Made by a program: the position numbers and the translations under genes. A DNA stretch of 30,733 nt from a virus. Taxonomy: Duplodnaviria > Caudoviricetes. The notes beneath the pieces are model-generated. The model was not told the origin of the DNA and did not search any database. It was given only the letters and a program-made list of their open reading frames with translations. Numbering within the stretch: position 1 is the first letter of the stretch; the number at the start of each line of letters is the position of its first letter. Shown here piece after piece: positions 1 to 7,307 of the stretch. The stretch spans positions 1-30,733 of IMG/VR virus record IMGVR_UViG_3300030372_003828; one strand, given 5' to 3'.

Positions 1-273
1 TGTGAAACATCTGCTTGGGGAAGGGCTTTAGCAAATTTTGGTATTGGTATTGATGCTGGTAGTGTGGCAAGTGCTGACGAAGTTATTAATGCTATAAACA
101 ATCAGAAAAAAACTAAACATTACCCTAATTACGAATTTAAAAAAGGTACTTTAACTGATGTGCAATTTGCAAGGGCAATAGAAAGTATAAAAGAAGGCAG
201 TTACACAAAAGAACAATTGCTAAAAACATTTAAATTAAATAGTGAACAAACTAAACAACTAACATCATGCTAA
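1..273 (+). CDS. 3' part (allele A) of the putative single-strand annealing protein gene, 5'-truncated by the window edge
   Basis: Reads CETSAWGRALANFGIGIDAGSVASADEV..., matching the C-terminal half of ORF 30062-30643. Confidence 0.85.
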   Translation, partial: CETSAWGRALANFGIGIDAGSVASADEVINAINNQKKTKHYPNYEFKKGTLTDVQFARAIESIKEGSYTKEQLLKTFKLNSEQTKQLTSC

Positions 274-363
274 AAATAAGATGCTCACAGATTGGCAAAA
301 TAATGACCAATCCAAGATCTAAAAAAGAAACATTGTCAAACACAACAAAGGGTTATTTGAAAG
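1..363. repeat. Imperfect terminal direct repeat, copy 1 (overlap of a circular or permuted genome)
   Basis: 1-77 is identical to 30380-30456 and 285-363 is identical to 30655-30733. The middle is diverged and has a 9-nt indel. Confidence 0.95.
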
Positions 364-971
364 AATTAATTATTGAACAAAAATTTGGCAAGTATAAAAA
401 GATTAAATCAAAATTTATTGATAAGGGAAATGAAGTAGAACTTGAAGGAATTGCATTATGCAATGAAGTTTTAGAAACAGATTTTCTATATAAAAACCAT
501 GAAAATTTTGAAAATGATTATATAACCGGAACACCAGATGTAAATACAACTGATACTCTTTTAGATATAAAAGCAAGTTGGAGTGCTTTTACATATTTTG
601 ATAATTTTTTTAGTGATAATATTCCAAACAAAGATTATTATTATCAATTAATGGGTTACATGATGTTAACAGGTAAAAAGAATTCTATACTTTGTTATTG
701 CCTTTTAAACACCCCTTCTCACCTTGTAGAAGATGAAATAAGGCGTGAACATTATCAACTTAATGCAATTGATGAAATTCCAGGAGTAAGAAAACAGATC
801 GAAAACAATCATAACTTTGACAATATTGATAACGAACTAAGAATTAAAACTTTTCAAGTTGAATACGATCAAAATGTAATTGATAAAATTATAGAAAGAA
901 TAATTGAATGCAGAAAGTATTATGATAAGTTAAATGAATTATTAACCATTAAAGAAATACAAAATGCCTGA
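267..971 (+). CDS. YqaJ/lambda-type exonuclease (PD-(D/E)xK)
   Basis: Motifs GNEVE, GTPDV, LLDIKAS and YYYQLMGYM; lies next to the SSAP and SSB genes. Confidence 0.85.
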   Translation: MLKIRCSQIGKIMTNPRSKKETLSNTTKGYLKELIIEQKFGKYKKIKSKFIDKGNEVELEGIALCNEVLETDFLYKNHENFENDYITGTPDVNTTDTLLDIKASWSAFTYFDNFFSDNIPNKDYYYQLMGYMMLTGKKNSILCYCLLNTPSHLVEDEIRREHYQLNAIDEIPGVRKQIENNHNFDNIDNELRIKTFQVEYDQNVIDKIIERIIECRKYYDKLNELLTIKEIQNA

Positions 972-1191
972 TAATCCAAAAGAAGAAACAGAAATCTTTA
1001 TTGAATACCCTGAAGTTCATTCTTATCAATTCGATAAAAAAAGAAATGATTTATATATTACATTCTTTGATAGGATCATGGAAAAAGAATATACAATTTT
1101 AATTGAAGCTTATGAGTTTGTTAATTGGATAGGATCAAAAGAAATAGCCGAAATTAAAGAAAACACAATAAAGATAATTGAAAAGTTATGA
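964..1191 (+). CDS. Hypothetical protein
   Basis: 75-aa ORF overlapping its neighbours in the operon. Confidence 0.7.
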   Translation: MPDNPKEETEIFIEYPEVHSYQFDKKRNDLYITFFDRIMEKEYTILIEAYEFVNWIGSKEIAEIKENTIKIIEKL

Positions 1192-1358
1192 AAGATAAAA
1201 ACGAAATAACAACCGAAGAAATAATATCAATATTTAAAGAAATACTTGGTACATCTATGTTATACAGAAACGATACGAAATTTGGTAAAAAGGTTAGAAA
1301 TCTACTTATTGAATTTGGCAAAAAAAAATATGCAGAAAATAATAATTTAACAAAATAA
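1188..1358 (+). CDS. Small hypothetical protein (56 aa, not in the ORF track)
   Basis: ATGA overlap with the upstream stop; MKDKNEITTEEIISIFKEILG...NNNLTK fills the gap exactly. Confidence 0.65.
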   Translation: MKDKNEITTEEIISIFKEILGTSMLYRNDTKFGKKVRNLLIEFGKKKYAENNNLTK

Positions 1359-1360
1359 AA

Positions 1361-1612
1361 ATGGAAAAAGAAAAAACAATCTACGTAGGTAGTGGAAAAA
1401 AAATGAATGAAGGTTGGCTAAAAGCTACAATAAACCCAAGTAAATTAAAAGACTACATTGAGGAATTCCAGGGGAATAAATTTATAAGACTAAATATAAA
1501 TATTAAAGACACCCCAGACCAATATGGCAAAGACGTTTCAATAAGTGTTGATACTTGGCAACCAATGAAAGAAGAAATACAAGAAAGTAAAACAGATGAT
1601 CTTCCTTTTTAA
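1361..1612 (+). CDS. Putative small single-stranded DNA-binding protein
   Basis: Acidic C-terminal tip DDLPF typical of SSBs; located in the recombination operon. Confidence 0.65.
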   Translation: MEKEKTIYVGSGKKMNEGWLKATINPSKLKDYIEEFQGNKFIRLNINIKDTPDQYGKDVSISVDTWQPMKEEIQESKTDDLPF

Positions 1613-1622
1613 AAAAAAAGAT

Positions 1623-1630
1623 TATATTTG
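1623..1630 (+). promoter_or_regulatory. Bacteroidota -7 promoter box (TATATTTG)
   Basis: Exact TAnnTTTG match in intergenic DNA, about 30 nt upstream of a terminator hairpin. Confidence 0.5.
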
Positions 1631-1633
1631 AAC

Positions 1634-1695
1634 ATTCATATTTGTTTTATTGATTAATAAGAAAGCCCTTGCATAATTTGTAAGGGTTTTTTTTT
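1634..1695 (+). ncRNA. Candidate ~60-nt small RNA 1
   Basis: Bounded by a -7 box and an intrinsic terminator, has no + strand ORF, and is complementary to early-gene start regions. Confidence 0.35.
1662..1695 (+). terminator. Intrinsic terminator
   Basis: AAAGCCCTTGCA-TAATT-TGTAAGGGTTTT followed by a T run. Confidence 0.85.
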
Positions 1696-1702
1696 ATCTT
1701 TG
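1695..1702 (+). promoter_or_regulatory. Bacteroidota -7 promoter box (TATCTTTG) for the sigma-factor operon, possibly leaderless
   Basis: Exact TAnnTTTG ending 3 nt before the ATG at 1706. Confidence 0.55.
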
Positions 1703-1705
1703 GAA

Positions 1706-2356
1706 ATGAAATGGCTTGTAGAGGTGCAAAAACACCACCAACAATGGATAACAATAGTTAAAACATTTGGTGCTGGTGAATTCTCTGAAGATATAGTCCA
1801 GGACGTTTATATTAGATTGGCAGAAAGATCATCAAAAGAAAAAGTTTTACCAAATGGGAAATTGAACAGTGGTTATGTTTTTTTTGCTTTAAGAAACACT
1901 TATATTGATTGGTATAGAAAACACCGAGGTTGCACCGATAAAAACAGATTCAAGTTTGTTCATTTTGAAGATTATGAAAGAGCAAATAATTTATATGTAA
2001 GTGGTCATTTAAACGAAGAAAGAAAAAGAAAAAGATTATTTAAAGAAAAGATTTTACACAATATGTGGCTGAAAGATGAAAACAATTTTCAGAACGTTAA
2101 AATGAAAGAAAAGAAACACGAAATAATATTAGATAAGATAAACCAGGAAATTAATACATGGCATTGGTACGATCAAATGTTATTCAAAGAATATGTTTCA
2201 ACAGGTAAAAGTATTATTACTTTAGCAAAGGAAAGTAACATTAGTAGAAGTTCGATTTATCAAACCTTAAAAAACTGCAAGGACAGAATTAAAATTACAG
2301 TTGGAGAAGATTGGGAAGATTTTAGAAACCAAGATTTTGAACACATAAAAGCATAA
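1706..2356 (+). CDS. Sigma-70/ECF-like RNA polymerase sigma factor (putative late sigma)
   Basis: Region-2-like SEDIVQDVYIRL...YVFFALRNTYIDWYRK and region-4 HTH SIITLAKESNISRSSIYQTLKNCK. ATG 1706 is preferred over TTG 1700. Confidence 0.8.
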   Translation: MKWLVEVQKHHQQWITIVKTFGAGEFSEDIVQDVYIRLAERSSKEKVLPNGKLNSGYVFFALRNTYIDWYRKHRGCTDKNRFKFVHFEDYERANNLYVSGHLNEERKRKRLFKEKILHNMWLKDENNFQNVKMKEKKHEIILDKINQEINTWHWYDQMLFKEYVSTGKSIITLAKESNISRSSIYQTLKNCKDRIKITVGEDWEDFRNQDFEHIKA

Positions 2357-2357
2357 A

Positions 2358-2516
2358 ATGAAAACATACTTTTTTTACATAAAAAATGATACAGACAAAG
2401 AACCTATAAATGTAATCAGAGCAAAAGACTTACATGAAGCAATTAAAATATTCTGCTATCAGAAACAATTAGAGGAAGAAGATTTTTTAAATATTTACCA
2501 AGTTGAATTAAATTAA
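2358..2516 (+). CDS. Small hypothetical protein (52 aa, not in the ORF track)
   Basis: MKTYFFYIKNDTDKEPINVIRAKDLHEAIKIFC...; tightly packed after the sigma gene. Confidence 0.65.
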   Translation: MKTYFFYIKNDTDKEPINVIRAKDLHEAIKIFCYQKQLEEEDFLNIYQVELN

Positions 2517-2518
2517 TT

Positions 2519-2656
2519 ATGATAGAAAACTTAAAACACTTTTTAGGAATATGTGGAGAACCACATATAAATATATTCAGTATGTCTCTGATAATATTTA
2601 TTACTTTTATTATTTATAAATTAAAATTAAAAAAATGGCAAAAAAGAAAACAGTAA
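2519..2656 (+). CDS. Small membrane protein (45 aa, not in the ORF track)
   Basis: MIENLKHFLGICGEPHINIFSMSLIIFITFIIYKLKLKKWQKRKQ; one hydrophobic helix and a basic tail. Confidence 0.6.
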   Translation: MIENLKHFLGICGEPHINIFSMSLIIFITFIIYKLKLKKWQKRKQ

Positions 2657-3021
2657 AAAAGAAAAGTGAGGGGTTGGGAGATACTATTGATAAAATCTCT
2701 AAAGCTACAGGAATAAAAAAATTAGTTAAATTTGTTGCTGGTGAAGATTGTGGGTGTGAAGAACGTAGAAAAAAATTAAATAAGTTGTTTAGTTATGCAC
2801 CAGACGTAAAATGTCTTAAAGAAGATGAATATCATTTTTTAAGTGGTTGGTTTGCTTTAGAACGTAACACCGTTTCACCCCAGGAACAACAAGATTTAAG
2901 AGATATTTTTAATAGAGTATTTAACAAAAGAACAGATCCAAGTAGTTGTTCATCTTGTGTAAGAGATATGATTGACAGATTAAAAACCGTATATAATGAG
3001 TATGAAAGTAAAAATAAGTAA
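2635..3021 (+). CDS. Cys-motif phage protein, possibly Zn-binding
   Basis: GLGDTI, DCGCEERR and SSCSSCV motifs. Confidence 0.75.
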   Translation: MAKKKTVKKKSEGLGDTIDKISKATGIKKLVKFVAGEDCGCEERRKKLNKLFSYAPDVKCLKEDEYHFLSGWFALERNTVSPQEQQDLRDIFNRVFNKRTDPSSCSSCVRDMIDRLKTVYNEYESKNK

Positions 3022-3580
3022 AGTAAAACCAAATAAAGACAACCCAAGATTAATAAAAGATCACAATTATAATCGGTTAGTTAGAAGCATTGAAGAATTC
3101 CCAGAGATGCTTGAAAAACGCCCTGTTGTGTGTTTTACTGATTCAAATAACAACTATGTTGTTTTAGGTGGAAATATGCGCTTAAAAGCTTCAATTCAAG
3201 CTGGTCTGAAAGAGATACCAATTTTACTTGCAGATGATTGGAGTGAAGAACAAAAAAAACAATTTGTAATAAAAGATAATGTTAGCAGTGGTCTTTGGGA
3301 TTGGGATATGTTGGCAAATGAATGGAGTTCTGAAGATCTTAGTTCCTGGGGCTTGGAAGTCTGGCAAGATGAAAAAATAGATTATGATATTTTAGATGAC
3401 TTTGATATTGAAGAAGAAGTTGATGAAATGAATTCTAATATAAGGAAGGCAATAATGATTGATTTTAGTGTTGATGATTATCCAATTGCTTATGAACTTT
3501 TTAAATATTGGAAAGATAAAGGTTTTGAAATTGGAAAAATGTTAATTAAACATTTGACAGAAGAAAAAGAAAAAGTATGA
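3002..3580 (+). CDS. ParB/Srx N-terminal domain protein
   Basis: KPNKDNPR, LVRSIEEFP, VLGGNMRLKA and FVIKDN...WDWDML motifs, then an acidic linker and a small C-terminal domain. Start is 2996 or 3002. Confidence 0.85.
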   Translation: MKVKISKVKPNKDNPRLIKDHNYNRLVRSIEEFPEMLEKRPVVCFTDSNNNYVVLGGNMRLKASIQAGLKEIPILLADDWSEEQKKQFVIKDNVSSGLWDWDMLANEWSSEDLSSWGLEVWQDEKIDYDILDDFDIEEEVDEMNSNIRKAIMIDFSVDDYPIAYELFKYWKDKGFEIGKMLIKHLTEEKEKV

Positions 3581-4260
3581 AATTATCATTAGAAGAACAT
3601 GATAATATTAAATTTTATTGTAGAGAAAAAACCTCTGATTTTAAAACATTTGAAGAGGTTATTGTCAATAATGTTTATGAAAAAAAGTTCTTTAAAATTA
3701 AACCAAAAGAACATTGGATTGATTTGGGTGGTAATGTTGGTGCTTTCTCATTAGTTGCTTTATCGAAAGGGGCTACAGTTGAAATTTATGAACCTGATCC
3801 ATTCAATTGTAAAATGATCGAAAGAAATTTGAAGTTAAATAATTATAATGCAAAAATTATAAACAAAGCAGTTGTTTCTTCTGAAAAAAAACAAATGACA
3901 ATGTATGTTGCAAATAATTTGCAAGTCTGGAGGAATAGTTTGTATAAAAATTGGGGCAATCAAAAATTTAAAGTTGATTGTATAAATTATAAAGAAGTTA
4001 TTCTTAAAGATTCTAATGTGAAAATGGATATTGAAGGTGCAGAAATGAATATAATTGAAGACATGAAAGTATTTCCAAAAAAATTAATAGTTGAATGGAG
4101 TTTAGACATAGATCCAAATTTGAACAGATACAGAAATGCTATTGATAAATTAAAAGGTAATTATAAAAATATTAATTATAAAAAACAATTTTATAATTTA
4201 CCAGATGATAAAATACCAAATAATATATTCCCAAAAGCTGATAATATTTATTGTTTATGA
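3577..4260 (+). CDS. FkbM-family SAM-dependent methyltransferase
   Basis: WIDLGGNVGAFS (motif I), YEPDPFN, NKAV and KMDIEGAE signature. Confidence 0.88.
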   Translation: MKLSLEEHDNIKFYCREKTSDFKTFEEVIVNNVYEKKFFKIKPKEHWIDLGGNVGAFSLVALSKGATVEIYEPDPFNCKMIERNLKLNNYNAKIINKAVVSSEKKQMTMYVANNLQVWRNSLYKNWGNQKFKVDCINYKEVILKDSNVKMDIEGAEMNIIEDMKVFPKKLIVEWSLDIDPNLNRYRNAIDKLKGNYKNINYKKQFYNLPDDKIPNNIFPKADNIYCL

Positions 4261-5039
4261 AAAAAGTAGAATTAATAAAAAAAGAACACAATGTAAAAAT
4301 TGGTGATAAATGTGGTCATATAAAACCAAATATTACAGAAGATACCTTATTCATTGAAAACGGTGAAATAATAGGGTTCTATTTGAAAGATATTTCAGAA
4401 CATTCAGAAAAACTTTCTAAACTTATTGCTATAGCAAATAAAGAATTGAGAAGTAAAAACGTGCCAAAAAGCGTTATGAAAAGATCTTCTGGCTTTCATT
4501 CAAAAGAAAATGAAGTTTTACAATACTCAACAATTATTGGATCAATTCCAAGTAATACAAGAATGAGAAGGCACTACCCAAGTATATCTTCAGTTCATAA
4601 TAAACCAAGTGCAAAAACTTTTATTAAAGCAATGTTGTTAAGTTGTCAAGAAAGTGAAAATTTAATTAAAAAAATAGCACCAAAAATATATCAGAGGCAA
4701 GTAAAATTGATTGAAGAAAATGTGCCAAAAAAATTTAGGTTTAGTAAGATGTTCACCTCTTCTATTTCTAATTATAATATTCCAGCACCTTTTCATATAG
4801 ATAGGAGAAATATTAAAGGTTGTGTTAACGTTATAATAGCAAAAAAAAAGAATGCAACTGGTGGTAATACAACTGTTCCTGATTATGGTGCAACTGTAGA
4901 TAGCAGTGATAATTCTATGCTTGTATATCCTGCATGGAGAAATATACACGGTGTTACACCGATAGTTCCAACACATAAAGACGGCTACAGAAATAGTTTA
5001 GTATTTTACCCTTTAGATTCTTTTAAAGGTTATTTTTAA
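4251..5039 (+). CDS. TET/JBP-family 2OG-Fe(II) dioxygenase
   Basis: FTSSISNYNIPAPFHIDRRN (HxD), IHGVTPI (distal His) and GYRNSLVFY (2OG-binding Arg). Start may be 4257. Confidence 0.85.
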   Translation: MFMKKVELIKKEHNVKIGDKCGHIKPNITEDTLFIENGEIIGFYLKDISEHSEKLSKLIAIANKELRSKNVPKSVMKRSSGFHSKENEVLQYSTIIGSIPSNTRMRRHYPSISSVHNKPSAKTFIKAMLLSCQESENLIKKIAPKIYQRQVKLIEENVPKKFRFSKMFTSSISNYNIPAPFHIDRRNIKGCVNVIIAKKKNATGGNTTVPDYGATVDSSDNSMLVYPAWRNIHGVTPIVPTHKDGYRNSLVFYPLDSFKGYF

Positions 5040-5049
5040 AAATTGAATT

Positions 5050-5385
5050 ATGGCAAATGAAAAAAATCTAAAAAAACCCTGGAAAAAAGGAGAAAGTGGT
5101 AATCCAAAAGGAAGACCAAAAGGATCAAAAAACAGATCTACTATTGCAAGAAAATGGTTAGAAGTGAAAGAAAAATTTAGAAACCCAATCACTGGTGAAA
5201 TTGAAGAACTAACACAAGAAGATATAACAACTTTAGCACAGATTTTAAAAGCAAGAAAAGGTGATACAAACAGTTACAAAGCACTTGAAGATAGTGCCTA
5301 CGGTTCACCAACCCAACAAATAAATCAAACAATAACAGATCAACCACTTTTCCCAGATGTTCAAGAGGACGAAAGCGATCAATAA
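5050..5385 (+). CDS. terS: Putative terminase small subunit (DUF5681-like)
   Basis: PWKKGESGNPKGRPKGSKN motif; overlaps the terL start. Confidence 0.7.
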   Translation: MANEKNLKKPWKKGESGNPKGRPKGSKNRSTIARKWLEVKEKFRNPITGEIEELTQEDITTLAQILKARKGDTNSYKALEDSAYGSPTQQINQTITDQPLFPDVQEDESDQ

Positions 5386-6514
5386 AATACTTGCTTTAAA
5401 AAAGCGAATTAAAATTATTCAAGGTGGTACAAGTGCTGGAAAAACATACGGCATTATTCCGATCTTAATAAATAAGGCAATCATTAATCCAAATCTTGAA
5501 ATTTCAATTGTTGCTGAAAGTATGCCACATTTAAGAAGGGGGTGTATAAAAGATTTTATAAAAATATTAAAAGAAACAAACAGATATAATGACGAAAACT
5601 TTAACAAAAGTTTTTACAAATATACTTTTTCAAACGGCTCTTTTATTGAATTTTTTTCTGTAGAAGATTCAACTAAATTACGTGGTGCAAGGCGTGACAT
5701 TCTATACTGTAATGAAGCAAATAACATTTCTTTTGAAGCTTACAATGAGTTATCAATAAGAACAGTCAAAGAAGTTTTTCTTGATTTTAACCCTTCTAAT
5801 GAATTTTGGGTGCATACAATTTTAAAAGATGATCCAGATGCAGACTTTTTAATCTTAACTTATAAAGATAATGATGCACTTGATAAAAGAATTGTAAAGG
5901 AAATTGAGAAAGCAAAAGAGAAAGCCGAAACAAGTAATTATTGGCGTAATTGGTGGCGTGTTTATGGTTTGGGATTGGTCGGTAACCTTGTGGGCGTTGT
6001 TATAGAAAATTGGGCTGAAATAGATCATATTCCAAGAGAAGCAAAACTACTTGGTATTGGTCTTGATTTTGGTTATTCTGCAGATCCAACGGCAATTGTT
6101 GAAATATATAAATATAACAACAAAAGAATTGTAAACGAAATATGCTATCAAACTGGTTTAGTAAATTCAGAAATAGCAAAAAAGTTACCTAAACATACTT
6201 TAGTTGTTGGTGATAGCGCAGAACCAAAAAGCATAGAAGAAATAAGAAGATTTGGAATAATGATTAAAGGGGCTACAAAGGGGCGTGATTCAATATTACA
6301 TGGAATTCAATTGATGCAGTCACAAGAATATTTAGTAACCTCACAGAGCAAAAATTTAATAAAAGAATTAAGGTCTTATATTTGGGATACTGATAAGACA
6401 GGCAAACAACTAAACAAACCTAGACCAGGAAACGATCACTTAATTGATGCTTTAAGGTATCATGAAAGCGAAAATTTAGGAAACAAGAATTATGGGCAAT
6501 ACCATATAAAGTAA
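5357..6514 (+). CDS. terL: Terminase large subunit (PBSX-type)
   Basis: Walker A QGGTSAGKT, Walker B LYCNEAN, DFNP, and nuclease motifs GLDFG, DSAEP, DHLIDALRY. Confidence 0.95.
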   Translation: MFKRTKAINKILALKKRIKIIQGGTSAGKTYGIIPILINKAIINPNLEISIVAESMPHLRRGCIKDFIKILKETNRYNDENFNKSFYKYTFSNGSFIEFFSVEDSTKLRGARRDILYCNEANNISFEAYNELSIRTVKEVFLDFNPSNEFWVHTILKDDPDADFLILTYKDNDALDKRIVKEIEKAKEKAETSNYWRNWWRVYGLGLVGNLVGVVIENWAEIDHIPREAKLLGIGLDFGYSADPTAIVEIYKYNNKRIVNEICYQTGLVNSEIAKKLPKHTLVVGDSAEPKSIEEIRRFGIMIKGATKGRDSILHGIQLMQSQEYLVTSQSKNLIKELRSYIWDTDKTGKQLNKPRPGNDHLIDALRYHESENLGNKNYGQYHIK

Positions 6515-6531
6515 TACAAATTACAAAAAAA

Positions 6532-6546
6532 ACGTTCATGTAATAT
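6532..6546 (+). promoter_or_regulatory. Putative late promoter motif ACGTTCATGTAATAT, copy 1
   Basis: Exact 15-mer seen four times, each at the start of a structural gene block. Confidence 0.8.
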
Positions 6547-7297
6547 GAAAGCAGAGATTTTAATACCGACAGATATTAATGAAATACCTTTAAAAAGCTA
6601 TCAACAATTTATGGATAGTTATGAAAAGTCTAATGACGAAGAATTCCTTTGCCAAAAAATGATTCAAATTTTTTGTGGTTTAAGACTTCGTGATGTATTT
6701 AGTGTTAAGTGGTCTGATGTAAAAGATATTACAATTCACCTTTCACAAATGTTTAAAACTAAACCAAGCTTTCAACAAAAGTTCACTTTACAAGGTGTTG
6801 AATTTGGTTTTATTACAGATTTAGAAAATATGTCTTTCGGAGAATACATAGACTTAACACAGAATCTTGATAAGGTAGAAAATTGGCACAAAGCAATGGC
6901 AGTAATGTATAGACCAATTACTGATACCCAAAAAGAAAAATATAAAATAGAAGAATACAACGGCACAAATAATTATGCTGAAGTTATGAAGTTTGCACCA
7001 CTTGGTGTAGTGTTAGGTTCACAAGTTTTTTTTTGGACTTTAACAAACGACTTACTACAAAGTTTGCTGACATTTTTAAAAAGCGAAATGATGACGAAGG
7101 AAATGAAACAGACTTTAGCGAAAGAACTCAATTTGCCGAACGCTGGGGTTGGTATTCAAGCATATATGCAATTGCTAACGGACAACTTCAAGGATTTAGA
7201 GATGTCACCAGACTACCTATACAAGACTGTCTTACCTGGCTTACTTTTGAAAAGCAAAAAAGAGATATTGAATATAACGAAATGCAGCGACAATTAA
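6545..7297 (+). CDS. Putative tail assembly chaperone (zero-frame product)
   Basis: 250 aa with SFGEYIDL and MAVMYRP motifs; contains a T9 slippery run at 7026-7034. Confidence 0.65.
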   Translation: MKAEILIPTDINEIPLKSYQQFMDSYEKSNDEEFLCQKMIQIFCGLRLRDVFSVKWSDVKDITIHLSQMFKTKPSFQQKFTLQGVEFGFITDLENMSFGEYIDLTQNLDKVENWHKAMAVMYRPITDTQKEKYKIEEYNGTNNYAEVMKFAPLGVVLGSQVFFWTLTNDLLQSLLTFLKSEMMTKEMKQTLAKELNLPNAGVGIQAYMQLLTDNFKDLEMSPDYLYKTVLPGLLLKSKKEILNITKCSDN

Positions 7298-7305
7298 AAA
7301 AATAA
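7027..7305 (+). CDS. -1 frameshift extension of the tail assembly chaperone (G-T-like product, 6545-7305, ~253 aa)
   Basis: Slippery heptamer T TTT TTT in the correct phase. The -1 frame stays open for 90 codons (FAERWGWYSSIYAIANG...CLTWLTFEKQK) and ends 2 nt before the next gene. Confidence 0.75.
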   Translation, partial: FFLDFNKRLTTKFADIFKKRNDDEGNETDFSERTQFAERWGWYSSIYAIANGQLQGFRDVTRLPIQDCLTWLTFEKQKRDIEYNEMQRQLKK

Positions 7306-7307
7306 AT

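Noticed and set aside
64-273. 69-aa ORF as an independent gene
   Set aside because: It is the truncated 3' end of the SSAP gene; the GTG start is internal.
78-284. Diverged repeat pair as a diversity-generating retroelement TR/VR
   Set aside because: Differences include C/T and G/C changes and an indel, are mostly synonymous and are not adenine-specific. No reverse transcriptase is present.
1622-1639. Minus-strand mini-ORF MNVQI with an A-rich leader
   Set aside because: Only 5 codons and no minus-strand promoter seen. Better explained as the antisense seed of the sRNA candidate.
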